Below are positions 26,342 to 35,376 of a DNA stretch of 64,000 bases, piece after piece. Origin of the DNA: Candidatus Latescibacterota bacterium (GTDB taxonomy: Bacteria > Latescibacterota > UBA2968 > UBA8231); the NCBI GenBank assembly GCA_965242865.1, contig CBDETK010000013.1:4896001-4960000 (forward strand). The letters run 5' to 3'. The notes below the pieces were generated by a model. That model did no database searches. It saw nothing but the letters and a program-made list of their open reading frames with translations, and had not been told where the DNA came from. The position numbers were made by a program, and so were the translations under genes. How positions within the stretch are numbered: position 1 is the first letter of the stretch; the number at the start of each line of letters is the position of its first letter.

Positions 26342-27982
26342 TCAACGCTCCTCCCGCACCACAATGCGCTGATCGGCTTCCACGCCCACCAGCGTCTGCA
26401 CCGCGCCGCTGGGCCAATGGACTTGCAGCGTATCTACCTGTGGGTGGCGGCCCAAGCCAAGGGTCAGGCGCACGTCGTTGGAACCCATGTAGCCGTAGCT
26501 GCGGCGGATCTCCCGCGTCTGCACCAAATCGCTGGCCACGGCGCGGACGCGCGCGCCCAAGCCATCGCGATTGCTCGCGGTTCCAACGACCTCAATCGTC
26601 AGGAAGTGATTGGCATTGCCGCCGTCGTTGCGCAGCAGGGTGCAATGCGGGGAGGCCGAGTCCGAGACGAATATATCTACGTCGCCATCGTTGTCGCAGT
26701 CGCCAAACACCGCGCCGTGGCTGACGCGCTCGACCAACAGCCCCGGTCCGCTGTGCTCGGTCACCTCGGCAAACGAGCCGTCGCCCCGGTTGCGGAAGAG
26801 CTGGTTGCGCTGTGGATACGTGGTGGCCGGGTCGTACTCTTCCACGTTCTCGTCGAGGTGGCCGTTGCTGACGAACACATCGAGAAACCCGTCGTTGTCG
26901 TAATCGAGAAAGGCGGACGTCATGCCTAAATACGGCACGCTGGGCACCCCGAGGTTGGCCGCAAACGTGACATCCGTGAAAAACCCATCGCCATCGTTGC
27001 GGTAGAGCGTATTGGGCAGCCACTGAAAGGTCGCTACAATAATGTCGAGAAACCCATCGTTGTCGTAGTCGCCCCAATCGGCCCCCATGGCGGACTCGGC
27101 CAACCCTTCTTCGTTGTACGCTACCCCGGCCTCCGCGCCGTTTTCGCTAAACGTTCCATCCCCGTTGTTGCAGAAGAGAAAGTTGGGTTGCTTGTCGTTG
27201 GCGACGAATAAATCGGAGTCGCCGTCGTTGTCAAAATCGCCGAATACCGCGGCGAGCTGCCGCCCCGAATCGAGGCGCAAGCCAGCGTCCGCGGTCGCGT
27301 CGGCAAAGCGGCGGCCCCCATCGTTGCGGTAGAGGACGCCCGCCTGCCCGGGGTACGTATTGGGGCCGCAGTAAATGCGCACCGTGCCGGCAAAGCACTC
27401 CTCGTTGTCGGCCGGGTCAAATTCCATGTAATTGGCCGCGTATAGATCCAAATCGCCATCGCGGTCGTAATCGACAAAAGCCGCGTGCGTCCCCCACCCT
27501 AAATCCCCGACTCCAGCCGCAGCCGTGACGTCGGCAAAAACGCCGGCTCCTTCGTTCCGGTACAACACATTCGGCCCGTAATTGGTCACGTACAAATCCG
27601 CATGACCGTCGTTGTCGTAATCGCCGACAGCCGCGCCCATGCCAAAGCCAGCGTCGCCCGTGCCAGCCGTGGTCGTGACATCGGCAAAGGTTCCGTCGCG
27701 TTGGTTGCGATAGTGCGCGTTGGGCCGAGCCGGGCCGCGATACCCGGGCAGAGGGGCACCGTTGACGATGTACAGGTCGAGCCATCCGTCGCCATCCCCA
27801 TCGAAAAAGGCCGCGCCCGAGCCGACCGCTTCCACCATGTACTTGTGGCCGCTCGCCCCGTTGACATAGCGAAAATCTAGGCCCGCTTCCTCGGTGATCT
27901 CCACAAATTGCGGGGCCGGCCCGGCGACAGCGACAGCGGCGCATACAACGCTGGCCCACAGGGGCAAGGTGCGCGGCATCAT
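26342..27982 (-). CDS. CRTAC1-family protein (FG-GAP repeats plus ASPIC/UnbV domain)
   Basis: Repeated GDYDNDGxxDL, YRNxGDGTFxDVT; C-terminal SNRDGLGARV...GLG...WPSG; signal peptide. Confidence 0.92.
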   Translation of the reverse strand: MMPRTLPLWASVVCAAVAVAGPAPQFVEITEEAGLDFRYVNGASGHKYMVEAVGSGAAFFDGDGDGWLDLYIVNGAPLPGYRGPARPNAHYRNQRDGTFADVTTTAGTGDAGFGMGAAVGDYDNDGHADLYVTNYGPNVLYRNEGAGVFADVTAAAGVGDLGWGTHAAFVDYDRDGDLDLYAANYMEFDPADNEECFAGTVRIYCGPNTYPGQAGVLYRNDGGRRFADATADAGLRLDSGRQLAAVFGDFDNDGDSDLFVANDKQPNFLFCNNGDGTFSENGAEAGVAYNEEGLAESAMGADWGDYDNDGFLDIIVATFQWLPNTLYRNDGDGFFTDVTFAANLGVPSVPYLGMTSAFLDYDNDGFLDVFVSNGHLDENVEEYDPATTYPQRNQLFRNRGDGSFAEVTEHSGPGLLVERVSHGAVFGDCDNDGDVDIFVSDSASPHCTLLRNDGGNANHFLTIEVVGTASNRDGLGARVRAVASDLVQTREIRRSYGYMGSNDVRLTLGLGRHPQVDTLQVHWPSGAVQTLVGVEADQRIVVREER

Positions 27983-29163
27983 CGGCCCACCTGCGCGGCG
28001 ATTTGCTCGGCCGCGGCGAGGTTGCGGCGGAGCTTGGGATGGTTGGGTTGGTGGCGCAGGCCGCGGCGGAAGGAGGCCAAGGCGCGCTCGTATTGCTTGC
28101 GGACCATATAGATATTGCCCAATCCCAAGTGCGAGAGGGCGTACGTGGAATCGGCCTGCAAGGCTTGGCGAAACCGCTGCTCGGCCGCGGCCATGGCCCC
28201 GCGGCGGAAGTGGATGTTGCCGAGGTTGTGGTGCGCGGGCGCGAAAGCGGGGTCGCGGTCGAGGGCTTGGAGATAGCGGAGACGCGCTTCTTGGTATTGG
28301 CCGCGCTGTCCGTACACCACGGCCAAGTCGTGATAGACGCCGGCGTCGTCTCGGTGCGTTGCTAGGGTGTTTTTTAGCATGGCGATCCGGTCTTCTTCTC
28401 GGTCGAGCCGTTTGTAGAGCACCAGATGGCGGCGGCCCTCGTCTTGCTGCCCGGAGCGCAGCAGGGCGTTGCCGAGGTTGAAGTGGGCTCGGGCAAAAAG
28501 CGAATCCAGCCGCACGGCGCGGCTAAATTCGGCCGCGGCCGCGGCGTAGTCGCGCCGGAGGTAGTGGCTGCGCCCCAAGCCATTGCGGAATTGGGCCGAG
28601 GTCGTATCGGCGGCCACGGCGCGACCAAAGGCTTGCTCGGCGGCCGCGTAGTCGTTTTGCTTGAGATAGGCTTGGCCGAGGTTGAACCACGCCTCTCCGT
28701 AGTTGGGCACGGCGGCAAGGGCGCGCTGATAGGCGGCAATCGCAGCGGGGTAGCGTCCCTCGCGGGCGTGTAGCAACCCCAGCACCATGTTCGCTTGGGC
28801 GCGGTCAGGCTGCTCTCGCACGGTCTGTTCGAGCAGGCGAAAGGCGTCCTCGTAGCGGTTGAGGCGCGTCAACAGGATGGCCAGCTCGGTTCGCGTCTTG
28901 GCGTGGCTCGGCGCGAGGGCCATGGCTTGCTCGAACGCACGGACAGCGGCCGGCAGGGCCTCGTTTTTCGCGTGGGCCTCGGCCAACTTGCGGTAGAGCA
29001 CCGGCGTTGCGTTTTGGTCAACGGCGTGCTGGTAGTGGCGGGCGGCTTCGCCGTAGTAACCGGCGCGCATTGAGCGGTCGCCCTGAACTTCGCGTGTTGG
29101 CTCGGGCACTCGTCCACAGCCGACAATCGCCAGCAGGAGCAGAAAGGGTCTGTACCAAGGCAT
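27979..29163 (-). CDS. Tetratricopeptide-repeat lipoprotein
   Basis: Lipobox IVGC; multiple TPR units (AWFNLG, AHFNLG, AHHNLG). Confidence 0.88.
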   Translation of the reverse strand: MPWYRPFLLLLAIVGCGRVPEPTREVQGDRSMRAGYYGEAARHYQHAVDQNATPVLYRKLAEAHAKNEALPAAVRAFEQAMALAPSHAKTRTELAILLTRLNRYEDAFRLLEQTVREQPDRAQANMVLGLLHAREGRYPAAIAAYQRALAAVPNYGEAWFNLGQAYLKQNDYAAAEQAFGRAVAADTTSAQFRNGLGRSHYLRRDYAAAAAEFSRAVRLDSLFARAHFNLGNALLRSGQQDEGRRHLVLYKRLDREEDRIAMLKNTLATHRDDAGVYHDLAVVYGQRGQYQEARLRYLQALDRDPAFAPAHHNLGNIHFRRGAMAAAEQRFRQALQADSTYALSHLGLGNIYMVRKQYERALASFRRGLRHQPNHPKLRRNLAAAEQIAAQVGR

Positions 29164-29236
29164 GTATGACAGTCCTAAATGACTTTAGGTAAAAAGTATA
29201 GACTGCGCTAGTACTATCGACAACGGAGGACGCCAG

Positions 29237-30511
29237 ATGGAACGAAGAGCATTCTTCAAGGGAATCGCCGCCGCCGCGGCCGCGGCCCCGCTCATGCCCG
29301 AGGGGGCCGCCGGGCTTGGCTCCCTCAATCGAGACCTCGCCGCGGCGAGCAGCCCCCGGGCACTGTGGCAGCGGGTGCGGCGCGAGTTTCGCTTACACCC
29401 GGGCCTCGTGCATCTCAACTGCGGCAGCATTGGGGCGACGCCCCGCGTGGTGACCGACGCCCTGACTGCGTACCTCGCCGAGCTGGAGGGCAATCCGCTG
29501 GCCAATACCTGGGGCGGCCTCGGCAACGAGATGGAAAAGGTGCGGGCCAAGGGGGCCGAGTTCATTGGGGCCGCGCTGGATGAGACCATACTGACGCGCA
29601 ATACGACCGAAGGCATGAACCACGTAGCCAGCGGCCTCGACCTTCGGCCGGGCGACGAGGTGCTGACGACCAATCACGAGCACGGCGGCGGCATGGTCTG
29701 CTGGCAGCACTTGGCGCACACCCGCGGCGTCGTGGTTCGCTACATCAAAATGCCCAATCCCGTGCGCGATGCCGCGCAGATTCTGCAACGAGTGGAGGAT
29801 CACCTGACGCCGCGCACCCGCGTGTGCAGCTTCAGCCACATCGACACCATCACCGGGCTGCAAATGCCGCTGGCAGCCATTGCCGCTCTCACCCGGCCCC
29901 GCGACATCTTGCTGGTCTGCGACGGAGCGCAAGCCCCGGGCATGCTCGATGTCGATGTCAAAGCGCTCGGAGTGGATACCTATGCCTCTAGCAGCCACAA
30001 ATGGATGCTCGCGCCCAAGGGCACGGGCCTGCTCTACATTCGTAAGGAAGTGCAAGACCGCGTCCGGCCCGCGTTTACGTATTCTGGTTATGGTGCCTAT
30101 TCTGCCTCGTCCGGCACTCGCAACGTGCCCCAGATCGTCGCCCACGGGGTGGCCATGGAGTTTCACAACGCCATTGGCCACCCGCGCATTGAAGCGCGCT
30201 GCCGCCAGCTCTGCGGCTACGCCCGCCAGCGTCTGGCGGAAATCCCCCAACTCGCGCCGATCACCCCACTCCAGCGCACCCTCTCCTCGGGCATCGTCAG
30301 CTTCGCGCTCACCAGCGGTCGCCACAGCGCAGTCGTCGCCGCCCTGCAAAAGCGCGACATCTTCCTCAAACCAGCGCAGGGCACGTACGCTTATGTGGAG
30401 GACGCGGACGTGCCCAAGGAAAGCTACAACGCCCTCCGCATCTCCACGCACATTTTCAACGACGAGACCGACATCGACCGCGCCGTTGAGGCGTTGAAGC
30501 GAATCCTCTGA
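29237..30511 (+). CDS. Tat-exported aminotransferase class V PLP enzyme (cysteine desulfurase/isopenicillin N epimerase-like)
   Basis: ERRAFFK Tat motif; LNCGSIG, NTTEG, HEH, DGAQAPG, SSHKWMLAPKG (PLP lysine), RISTHIFN. Confidence 0.88.
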   Translation: MERRAFFKGIAAAAAAAPLMPEGAAGLGSLNRDLAAASSPRALWQRVRREFRLHPGLVHLNCGSIGATPRVVTDALTAYLAELEGNPLANTWGGLGNEMEKVRAKGAEFIGAALDETILTRNTTEGMNHVASGLDLRPGDEVLTTNHEHGGGMVCWQHLAHTRGVVVRYIKMPNPVRDAAQILQRVEDHLTPRTRVCSFSHIDTITGLQMPLAAIAALTRPRDILLVCDGAQAPGMLDVDVKALGVDTYASSSHKWMLAPKGTGLLYIRKEVQDRVRPAFTYSGYGAYSASSGTRNVPQIVAHGVAMEFHNAIGHPRIEARCRQLCGYARQRLAEIPQLAPITPLQRTLSSGIVSFALTSGRHSAVVAALQKRDIFLKPAQGTYAYVEDADVPKESYNALRISTHIFNDETDIDRAVEALKRIL

Positions 30512-30572
30512 TCCGAGATTTTCGCGTAAGGGGAATCCAGTCAGCACCCGGACGAGGTTGAGCCGGGGGAGG

Positions 30573-30627
30573 CGTCATGCCCGCAACAGAACGTCACCCC
30601 GTGCTCCGACACGGGGCGGGAATCCAG
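30573..30627 (+). repeat. REP-like palindromic element with a nested hairpin insert
   Basis: CGTCATGCCCGCAACAG-[27 nt containing CCCCGTG-CTCCGA-CACGGGG]-CGGGAATCCAG; uninterrupted inverted copy at 40951-40973; extra GGGAATCCAG at 30531-30540. Confidence 0.7.
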
Positions 30628-30667
30628 ACCACCGAATCGCTTGCCATCCAACAATAAATGGCGGCGT

Positions 30668-31666
30668 TCAGCGCCGGTTGCCCCCCTCCGGCCCGATCGC
30701 GCCCGCGCTCAGCCCAACGCCCGTGAGCACTTCGCTGTAGCCGGGATAGGTGACCGCGTATTGGAAGCCCTCGTTGGTGCCGGCCGCGCCAACGCGGCCC
30801 TGCTTGTCGAGCGCGATGAAGTTGAGGTGCAACTTCTCGACCGGACGCGGATCGAGTGCGACGATGCGGCCGATGGTCTCGGCGCAGGCTTCCTCCGGGT
30901 GCAGCCCCGCGCGCATGTACTCGACGACGAGGAAGGTCGCGCAGTAGCGCATGACGTTCTCGCCCAAGCCGGTGGCCCCGGCCGCGCCCACGCTCCCATC
31001 GACGTACAGCCCGCTGCCAATGATCGGGGAGTCGCCGACGCGGCCCGGCAATTTGTAGCCCCAGCCGCTGGTCGAGCAGCCGCCGGCGAGCCGCCCCTCC
31101 GCGTCGAGCCCGAGCAGGGCGATGGTATCGTGATTGTCGGCCTCGCCCTGCTTTTCCCGCCATGCCTCCCACGCCGCGCGCCTTTCTTCCGTGAGCAGCT
31201 CGACGCTGGCAAACCCCTGCTCCAGCGCGAACTGCCGCGCCCCTTCGCCGACGAGCATGACGTGCTTGGTCGCGTCCATCACCCGGCGCGCCACCGAGAT
31301 CGGATGCAGGATGCCCTCGATGGCGGCGACGCTACCGGCGCGTTGCCCCTCGCCATCCATGATGCAGGCGTCGAGCTGCACCACGCCTTCGGCGTTGGGC
31401 AGGCCCCCCAATCCGACGGATGCGTTGGAAGCGTCGGCCTCGGCGACGTGGATGCCGCGCTCGACCGCGTCGAGGATGGAGCCACCCTGTTCGGCGGTCC
31501 GCAGCGATTGTTCGTTGGCGGCTTTGCCAAAGGGCCAAGTAGCGACAAAGAGGGGGCGAGCCGTACTCATGGGAAGGTCCTTTTTAGCCTGCGCGGTCCC
31601 GGCCAGCGCTAGGCCGCCGGCGGCTAGCGCGGTCTCGCGCATGAAGCGGCGGCGGCTCAGCGGCAT
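30668..31666 (-). CDS. Tat-exported N4-(beta-N-acetylglucosaminyl)-L-asparaginase (Ntn hydrolase)
   Basis: SRRRFMR Tat signal; SVGLGGLPN...LDACIMD; HDTI autoproteolysis site; GRVGDSPIIGSG; ATGLGE. Confidence 0.9.
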   Translation of the reverse strand: MPLSRRRFMRETALAAGGLALAGTAQAKKDLPMSTARPLFVATWPFGKAANEQSLRTAEQGGSILDAVERGIHVAEADASNASVGLGGLPNAEGVVQLDACIMDGEGQRAGSVAAIEGILHPISVARRVMDATKHVMLVGEGARQFALEQGFASVELLTEERRAAWEAWREKQGEADNHDTIALLGLDAEGRLAGGCSTSGWGYKLPGRVGDSPIIGSGLYVDGSVGAAGATGLGENVMRYCATFLVVEYMRAGLHPEEACAETIGRIVALDPRPVEKLHLNFIALDKQGRVGAAGTNEGFQYAVTYPGYSEVLTGVGLSAGAIGPEGGNRR

Positions 31667-31669
31667 GAC

Positions 31670-32128
31670 CTAATCCTCGTCGGCGTCATCGTGGTGGTCG
31701 GGTTCGTCGCTGTCTTTATAGGCAACGGCGGCGATCTCGACTCGAAAGTCAAAGACGATCTGCGCCCCGCCGGTGCAGGCCCGCGCCGGAAATTGCTCCG
31801 CAAAGTACGAGGCATAAGCCTTGTTCATCTCGTGGTAGTCCTCGATGTCCGCGAGCCAGACGGTGACGTTGACCAAGTCGTCGAACCCATAGCCGTGCTC
31901 TTGGAGGAGCCGGCCAATGTTTTCCATGATCTGGTGGGTCTCGGCCGCGACCGATTCCTTGACGTCGGCGCCGTCGGCCGTGCGGGCAATCTGGCCGCTG
32001 ATGAAGAGGAAGTCGCCGGCTTGGCGGGCTGGGCTGAAGGGCAGGGCCTTGAGGGGCACGGCCTCTTGGGCAAAGGCGGGCGAGATGGCGAGCGCACAGG
32101 CAAGCGCGGCGCGGATACAGCTTTTCAT
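31670..32128 (-). CDS. RidA/YjgF family protein with signal peptide
   Basis: PFSPA, FISGQI, MNKAYASYF...PARAC, VEIAAVA; N-terminal AFA-Q signal; GGAGAG RBS. Confidence 0.88.
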   Translation of the reverse strand: MKSCIRAALACALAISPAFAQEAVPLKALPFSPARQAGDFLFISGQIARTADGADVKESVAAETHQIMENIGRLLQEHGYGFDDLVNVTVWLADIEDYHEMNKAYASYFAEQFPARACTGGAQIVFDFRVEIAAVAYKDSDEPDHHDDADED

Positions 32129-32230
32129 AAGGACTCTCCTGATTCGGGTTGAAGGCCGTTAATAAGCGGAATAGGCTATGCGGCGACAACCGGGGCTAGT
32201 CGCCGCTGCGGCAGGGCTAGTGTCTTTTAT

Positions 32231-32326
32231 TTTGTTCCTTTTGAGGAAATCGAGGAAAACGACTTCAATTTGAACATTCCGCGGTACGTGGATACGTTTG
32301 AGGAAGAGATTGATATTGATGCGATG
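32231..32326 (+). pseudogene. hsdM: C-terminal remnant of a Type I RM methyltransferase HsdM
   Basis: Manual translation FVPFEEIEENDFNLNIPRYVDTFEEEIDIDAM matches the characteristic HsdM C-terminal NLNIPRY motif; no N-terminal catalytic part is present. Confidence 0.7.
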
Positions 32327-32390
32327 GGGGGGAGATGGGTAGGTTATGGAGGGCATCCGCAGGTGACGTAAACAAAAGGAGAGCAAAGGC

Positions 32391-32804
32391 ATGAGACGAC
32401 GAGAAGCCCGCCTTATTTTGGGCGTAGATGAGGACGCTACCACAGACGCGATAAAGTCGGCGTTTCGCCGCTATGCGCTGCAGTATCACCCGGACCGCAA
32501 CCCGGACAACCCAGAGGCCGAGGAGGCTTTTAAGAAGGGTGTTCACGCCTATCGCTTGCTGACGGGACAGGAGCAATCCGATTTGGATTCATTATTGGAG
32601 CAGTTTGAGGATATAGAGCAGGCTCTCGGCAACATAGAGCAGTCCTTTGACCGATTTGAAAAAAGTATGTCCGAAGGATTTGAAAGCATTTCCGAAGGAC
32701 TCGACAAGATCGACAAGAAGATGTCCCACATGTTTAAGTTGAGCATCGCCGTGATGATTTTCACGACTCTATCGTTGGGGCTTCTCATCTGGTTCGGTTT
32801 CTGA
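32391..32804 (+). CDS. J-domain (DnaJ-like) protein with coiled coil and C-terminal TM anchor
   Basis: ILGV...[27 protein letters not shown]; heptad-like middle; hydrophobic C-terminus; AGGAG RBS. Confidence 0.85.
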   Translation: MRRREARLILGVDEDATTDAIKSAFRRYALQYHPDRNPDNPEAEEAFKKGVHAYRLLTGQEQSDLDSLLEQFEDIEQALGNIEQSFDRFEKSMSEGFESISEGLDKIDKKMSHMFKLSIAVMIFTTLSLGLLIWFGF

Positions 32805-32840
32805 CTTGAGAAGACGAGGAGGAGAGGGGTGAGTAGAAAG

Positions 32841-32879
32841 ATGGCGAAAGATGATGCGTTGCCGGAGAGGTGGCGGTGA
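32841..32879 (+). pseudogene. Possible N-terminal remnant of Type I RM specificity subunit HsdS
   Basis: MAKDDALPERWR* resembles the LPEGW start of HsdS; very short, supported mainly by the nearby hsdM remnant. Confidence 0.35.
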
Positions 32880-32948
32880 AAAGAAAACCTAAACCTTTCA
32901 AGTCATTTCGGATTGCTATATATGCAGAGCACGAAAGGTCGAGTTGCT

Positions 32949-34079
32949 CTAAAACTCCATATAGGGTTCAGACTCAATCGGCGCAAACGACTTAGGCGGA
33001 TGTTGCGCTACAACATCTTCTCGCAACGCTACCCCCCAACCCGGCCCTTCAGGCGGCACACAATGTCCATCGATTACTTCAATCGGCTGGGTGAGCACCT
33101 TGTTGTACCGATCAATCGACGACACAAAAATTTCCTGCATCAAACTGTTGTGAACGCACAGATCCAAATGCAGGCTGGCGATGGTTGAAATCGGCCCGTT
33201 GGAATTGTGGGGTGCTATTGTCACGTAATAGGTTTCGGCCATGGCAGCGATTTTCTTCAGCTCGGTGATGCCGCCGGCGTGGCAAATATCCGGCTGAATA
33301 AGCCCGACCGCATTTAGCTCCAACAACGCGCGAAATTCCCAGCGCGTGTACAACTGCTCGCCGGTTGCAATGGGCACGTTCACCTCGTGAGCAAATTGCG
33401 CCAGCGCTTGGGGATTATCCCACAAAATCGGCTCTTCCATCCACGCAATGTTATAAGGCTCTAGTTCCTGCGCCACCCGCCTCGCGCTCCACATATTCAA
33501 TCGCGCCCGAATGTCAATTCCTATTTCAATTTGCGACCCGGCCGCTTCGCGCGCCGCTTCCACCAAGGCGATCCCCTGCTGAATTCGCGCGATTGTTGCC
33601 ACCTGTGGGCCGCGAAAAGGGTAAAACTTCAGTGCTTCATAGCCCTGATCGACCACCCGTTTTACGCCCTCGGCAATCCCTTCCGGGGTGTTGCTCTTGC
33701 GCGTCCACCCATTGGCGTACATGCGAATTTTGTCGTGCGATTTTCCACCCAACAATTCGTACACGGGGACGCCCAAGGCTTGGCCTTTGATATCCCACAA
33801 CGCCAGATCAATCGCACTGATCGCACTCGTCGTCACCGACCCACCCGACCACGTCACCCGCCGATACAGGGAAGTCCAGATTCGCTCAATTTCAAACGGA
33901 TTTTTGCCTAGCAGAAAGCGCTTGAACGCGACAAACTCGCCGATCAATCCGTCGTCCTTAAACTGCAAACTGGCCTCGCCCCAACCGCAAATCCCGGCGT
34001 CTGTCTCAATTTTTACAAACGTCCAATTGTTCCTGCCCTCCGATCCCATCCGCACCACCTGCAAATCCGTGATTTTCAT
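32949..34079 (-). CDS. Mandelate racemase family acid-sugar dehydratase (galactonate dehydratase-like)
   Basis: FVKIETDAGICGWGE, SAIDLALWDIKG, YANGW, WMEEP, ATGE, QPDICHAGG, APHN; AAGGAG RBS before ATG 34079. Confidence 0.9.
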   Translation of the reverse strand: MKITDLQVVRMGSEGRNNWTFVKIETDAGICGWGEASLQFKDDGLIGEFVAFKRFLLGKNPFEIERIWTSLYRRVTWSGGSVTTSAISAIDLALWDIKGQALGVPVYELLGGKSHDKIRMYANGWTRKSNTPEGIAEGVKRVVDQGYEALKFYPFRGPQVATIARIQQGIALVEAAREAAGSQIEIGIDIRARLNMWSARRVAQELEPYNIAWMEEPILWDNPQALAQFAHEVNVPIATGEQLYTRWEFRALLELNAVGLIQPDICHAGGITELKKIAAMAETYYVTIAPHNSNGPISTIASLHLDLCVHNSLMQEIFVSSIDRYNKVLTQPIEVIDGHCVPPEGPGWGVALREDVVAQHPPKSFAPIESEPYMEF

Positions 34080-34105
34080 GTGTGCTCCTTCGTTAGATTG
34101 TAGCT

Positions 34106-35335
34106 TCAGATCACGCGCCACCACGGGGCGGCGAGGACGCGATCGGTGAGCCAAAACGTCTCTGTGCCATCGTAGAGGACGATCCCGCGCTGCGCCATAT
34201 CGGAGTACTCGTCGAGGAACGCATGCAAATGCCGCACGTCTGCGGTGCGGACGCTCGCGGCGGCCTTTACTTCCACGGGCAGCAGACGCCGGCCCGTTTC
34301 GATGACGAAATCGACTTCAGCCCCCTTGGTCGTCCGCCAAAAGAGAATCTCGGTGCGTGCGACGAGCGTAGAAGCCCAAGCGAGCAGGTCGCAGAGCACC
34401 ATGTTCTCTAGGTGTGCGCCGCGAGGATGCGACTCGCCCGCTAAGTGTAGAGCCAATCCGGTGTCGCTCCAGTAGAGTTTAGCTGACTTGACCAGCCGTT
34501 TCGTCCGGTTGACAGAATAGGCCGGCAGTCTCACGAACTGGAACGATACCTCCAGCAGGTTGAGATACCGCTGCACTGTGGAGGGCGCGAGCTGTACGTC
34601 CCGGGCTAGATCGGCCTGATTCAGGAGCCCTCCAACGCGCAGACAGGCGGCCGTCATCAACCGCCGCAAGTCGGTTATGCTCTCGATGGCGGATAGACGC
34701 GGAATATCCCGCTCTAGGTACGTGGCCGCATAGCCTTCAAACCAGAGCCGCCGGTCGTCATCGTCCAGTAACTCATGGGCCGGGACGGGATAACCGCCGC
34801 GTCGGGCGAGGGCCATCCACGGCTCCGCTTGGGCTGGCTCCGCCAGCAGCACCTCTCGCCACGCATCAGCAGGTGCATCTACCAGTGCTGTCCACATACC
34901 AGACTGGGCCAACCCGCGCTGTTCCCGCCGGGTCATGGGCCAGAGCGTCAAGTAGCTGGCGCGTCCGGCCAGCGTTTCGCCCACCTCCTTCATCAGCAGC
35001 AGATTGGCCGACCCCGTCAGGAGGAAACGGCCAGCCACTCGGTTTTCGTCGACGAGGCGCTTGATGGCGAGCAGCAGATGCGGCACCCGCTGGATCTCAT
35101 CGAGCGTGATTTTCACGGCCCGAGCGGCCAAAGCGTCCGGTGCGCGTTGGGCCTGCTCGAGGATGGCGTAGTCGTCCAAGGTGAAGTACGATCGGTCTGT
35201 TCCAATGGGATGCATGCGGGCGAGGGTGCTTTTGCCGGTTTGTCGCGCACCCGTGAGAACCGCTACGGGCATGACTCTCAGCGTGCGCTCCAAGTGCTCG
35301 GAAGCGAGTCGAGGCAACAGTTGATTCGCGTTCAT
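34106..35335 (-). CDS. AAA_14 ATPase with C-terminal DUF4143 (PD-(D/E)xK-like) domain
   Basis: GARQTGKST, LDEIQ, LLTGSA, GGYP, KLYWSDTG, EVDFV...PVEVK. Confidence 0.9.
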   Translation of the reverse strand: MNANQLLPRLASEHLERTLRVMPVAVLTGARQTGKSTLARMHPIGTDRSYFTLDDYAILEQAQRAPDALAARAVKITLDEIQRVPHLLLAIKRLVDENRVAGRFLLTGSANLLLMKEVGETLAGRASYLTLWPMTRREQRGLAQSGMWTALVDAPADAWREVLLAEPAQAEPWMALARRGGYPVPAHELLDDDDRRLWFEGYAATYLERDIPRLSAIESITDLRRLMTAACLRVGGLLNQADLARDVQLAPSTVQRYLNLLEVSFQFVRLPAYSVNRTKRLVKSAKLYWSDTGLALHLAGESHPRGAHLENMVLCDLLAWASTLVARTEILFWRTTKGAEVDFVIETGRRLLPVEVKAAASVRTADVRHLHAFLDEYSDMAQRGIVLYDGTETFWLTDRVLAAPWWRVI

Positions 35336-35376
35336 ATACCCATGATATGGGTGAAAATCACCCACGGCAAGGGTGA

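Noticed and set aside
26342-27982. Recurring DNA motifs such as GTCGTTGTCGTAATCGCC as a possible repeat array
   Set aside because: They encode FG-GAP GDYDNDG protein repeats inside CRTAC1 genes; spacing is irregular and the copies are degenerate at synonymous positions.
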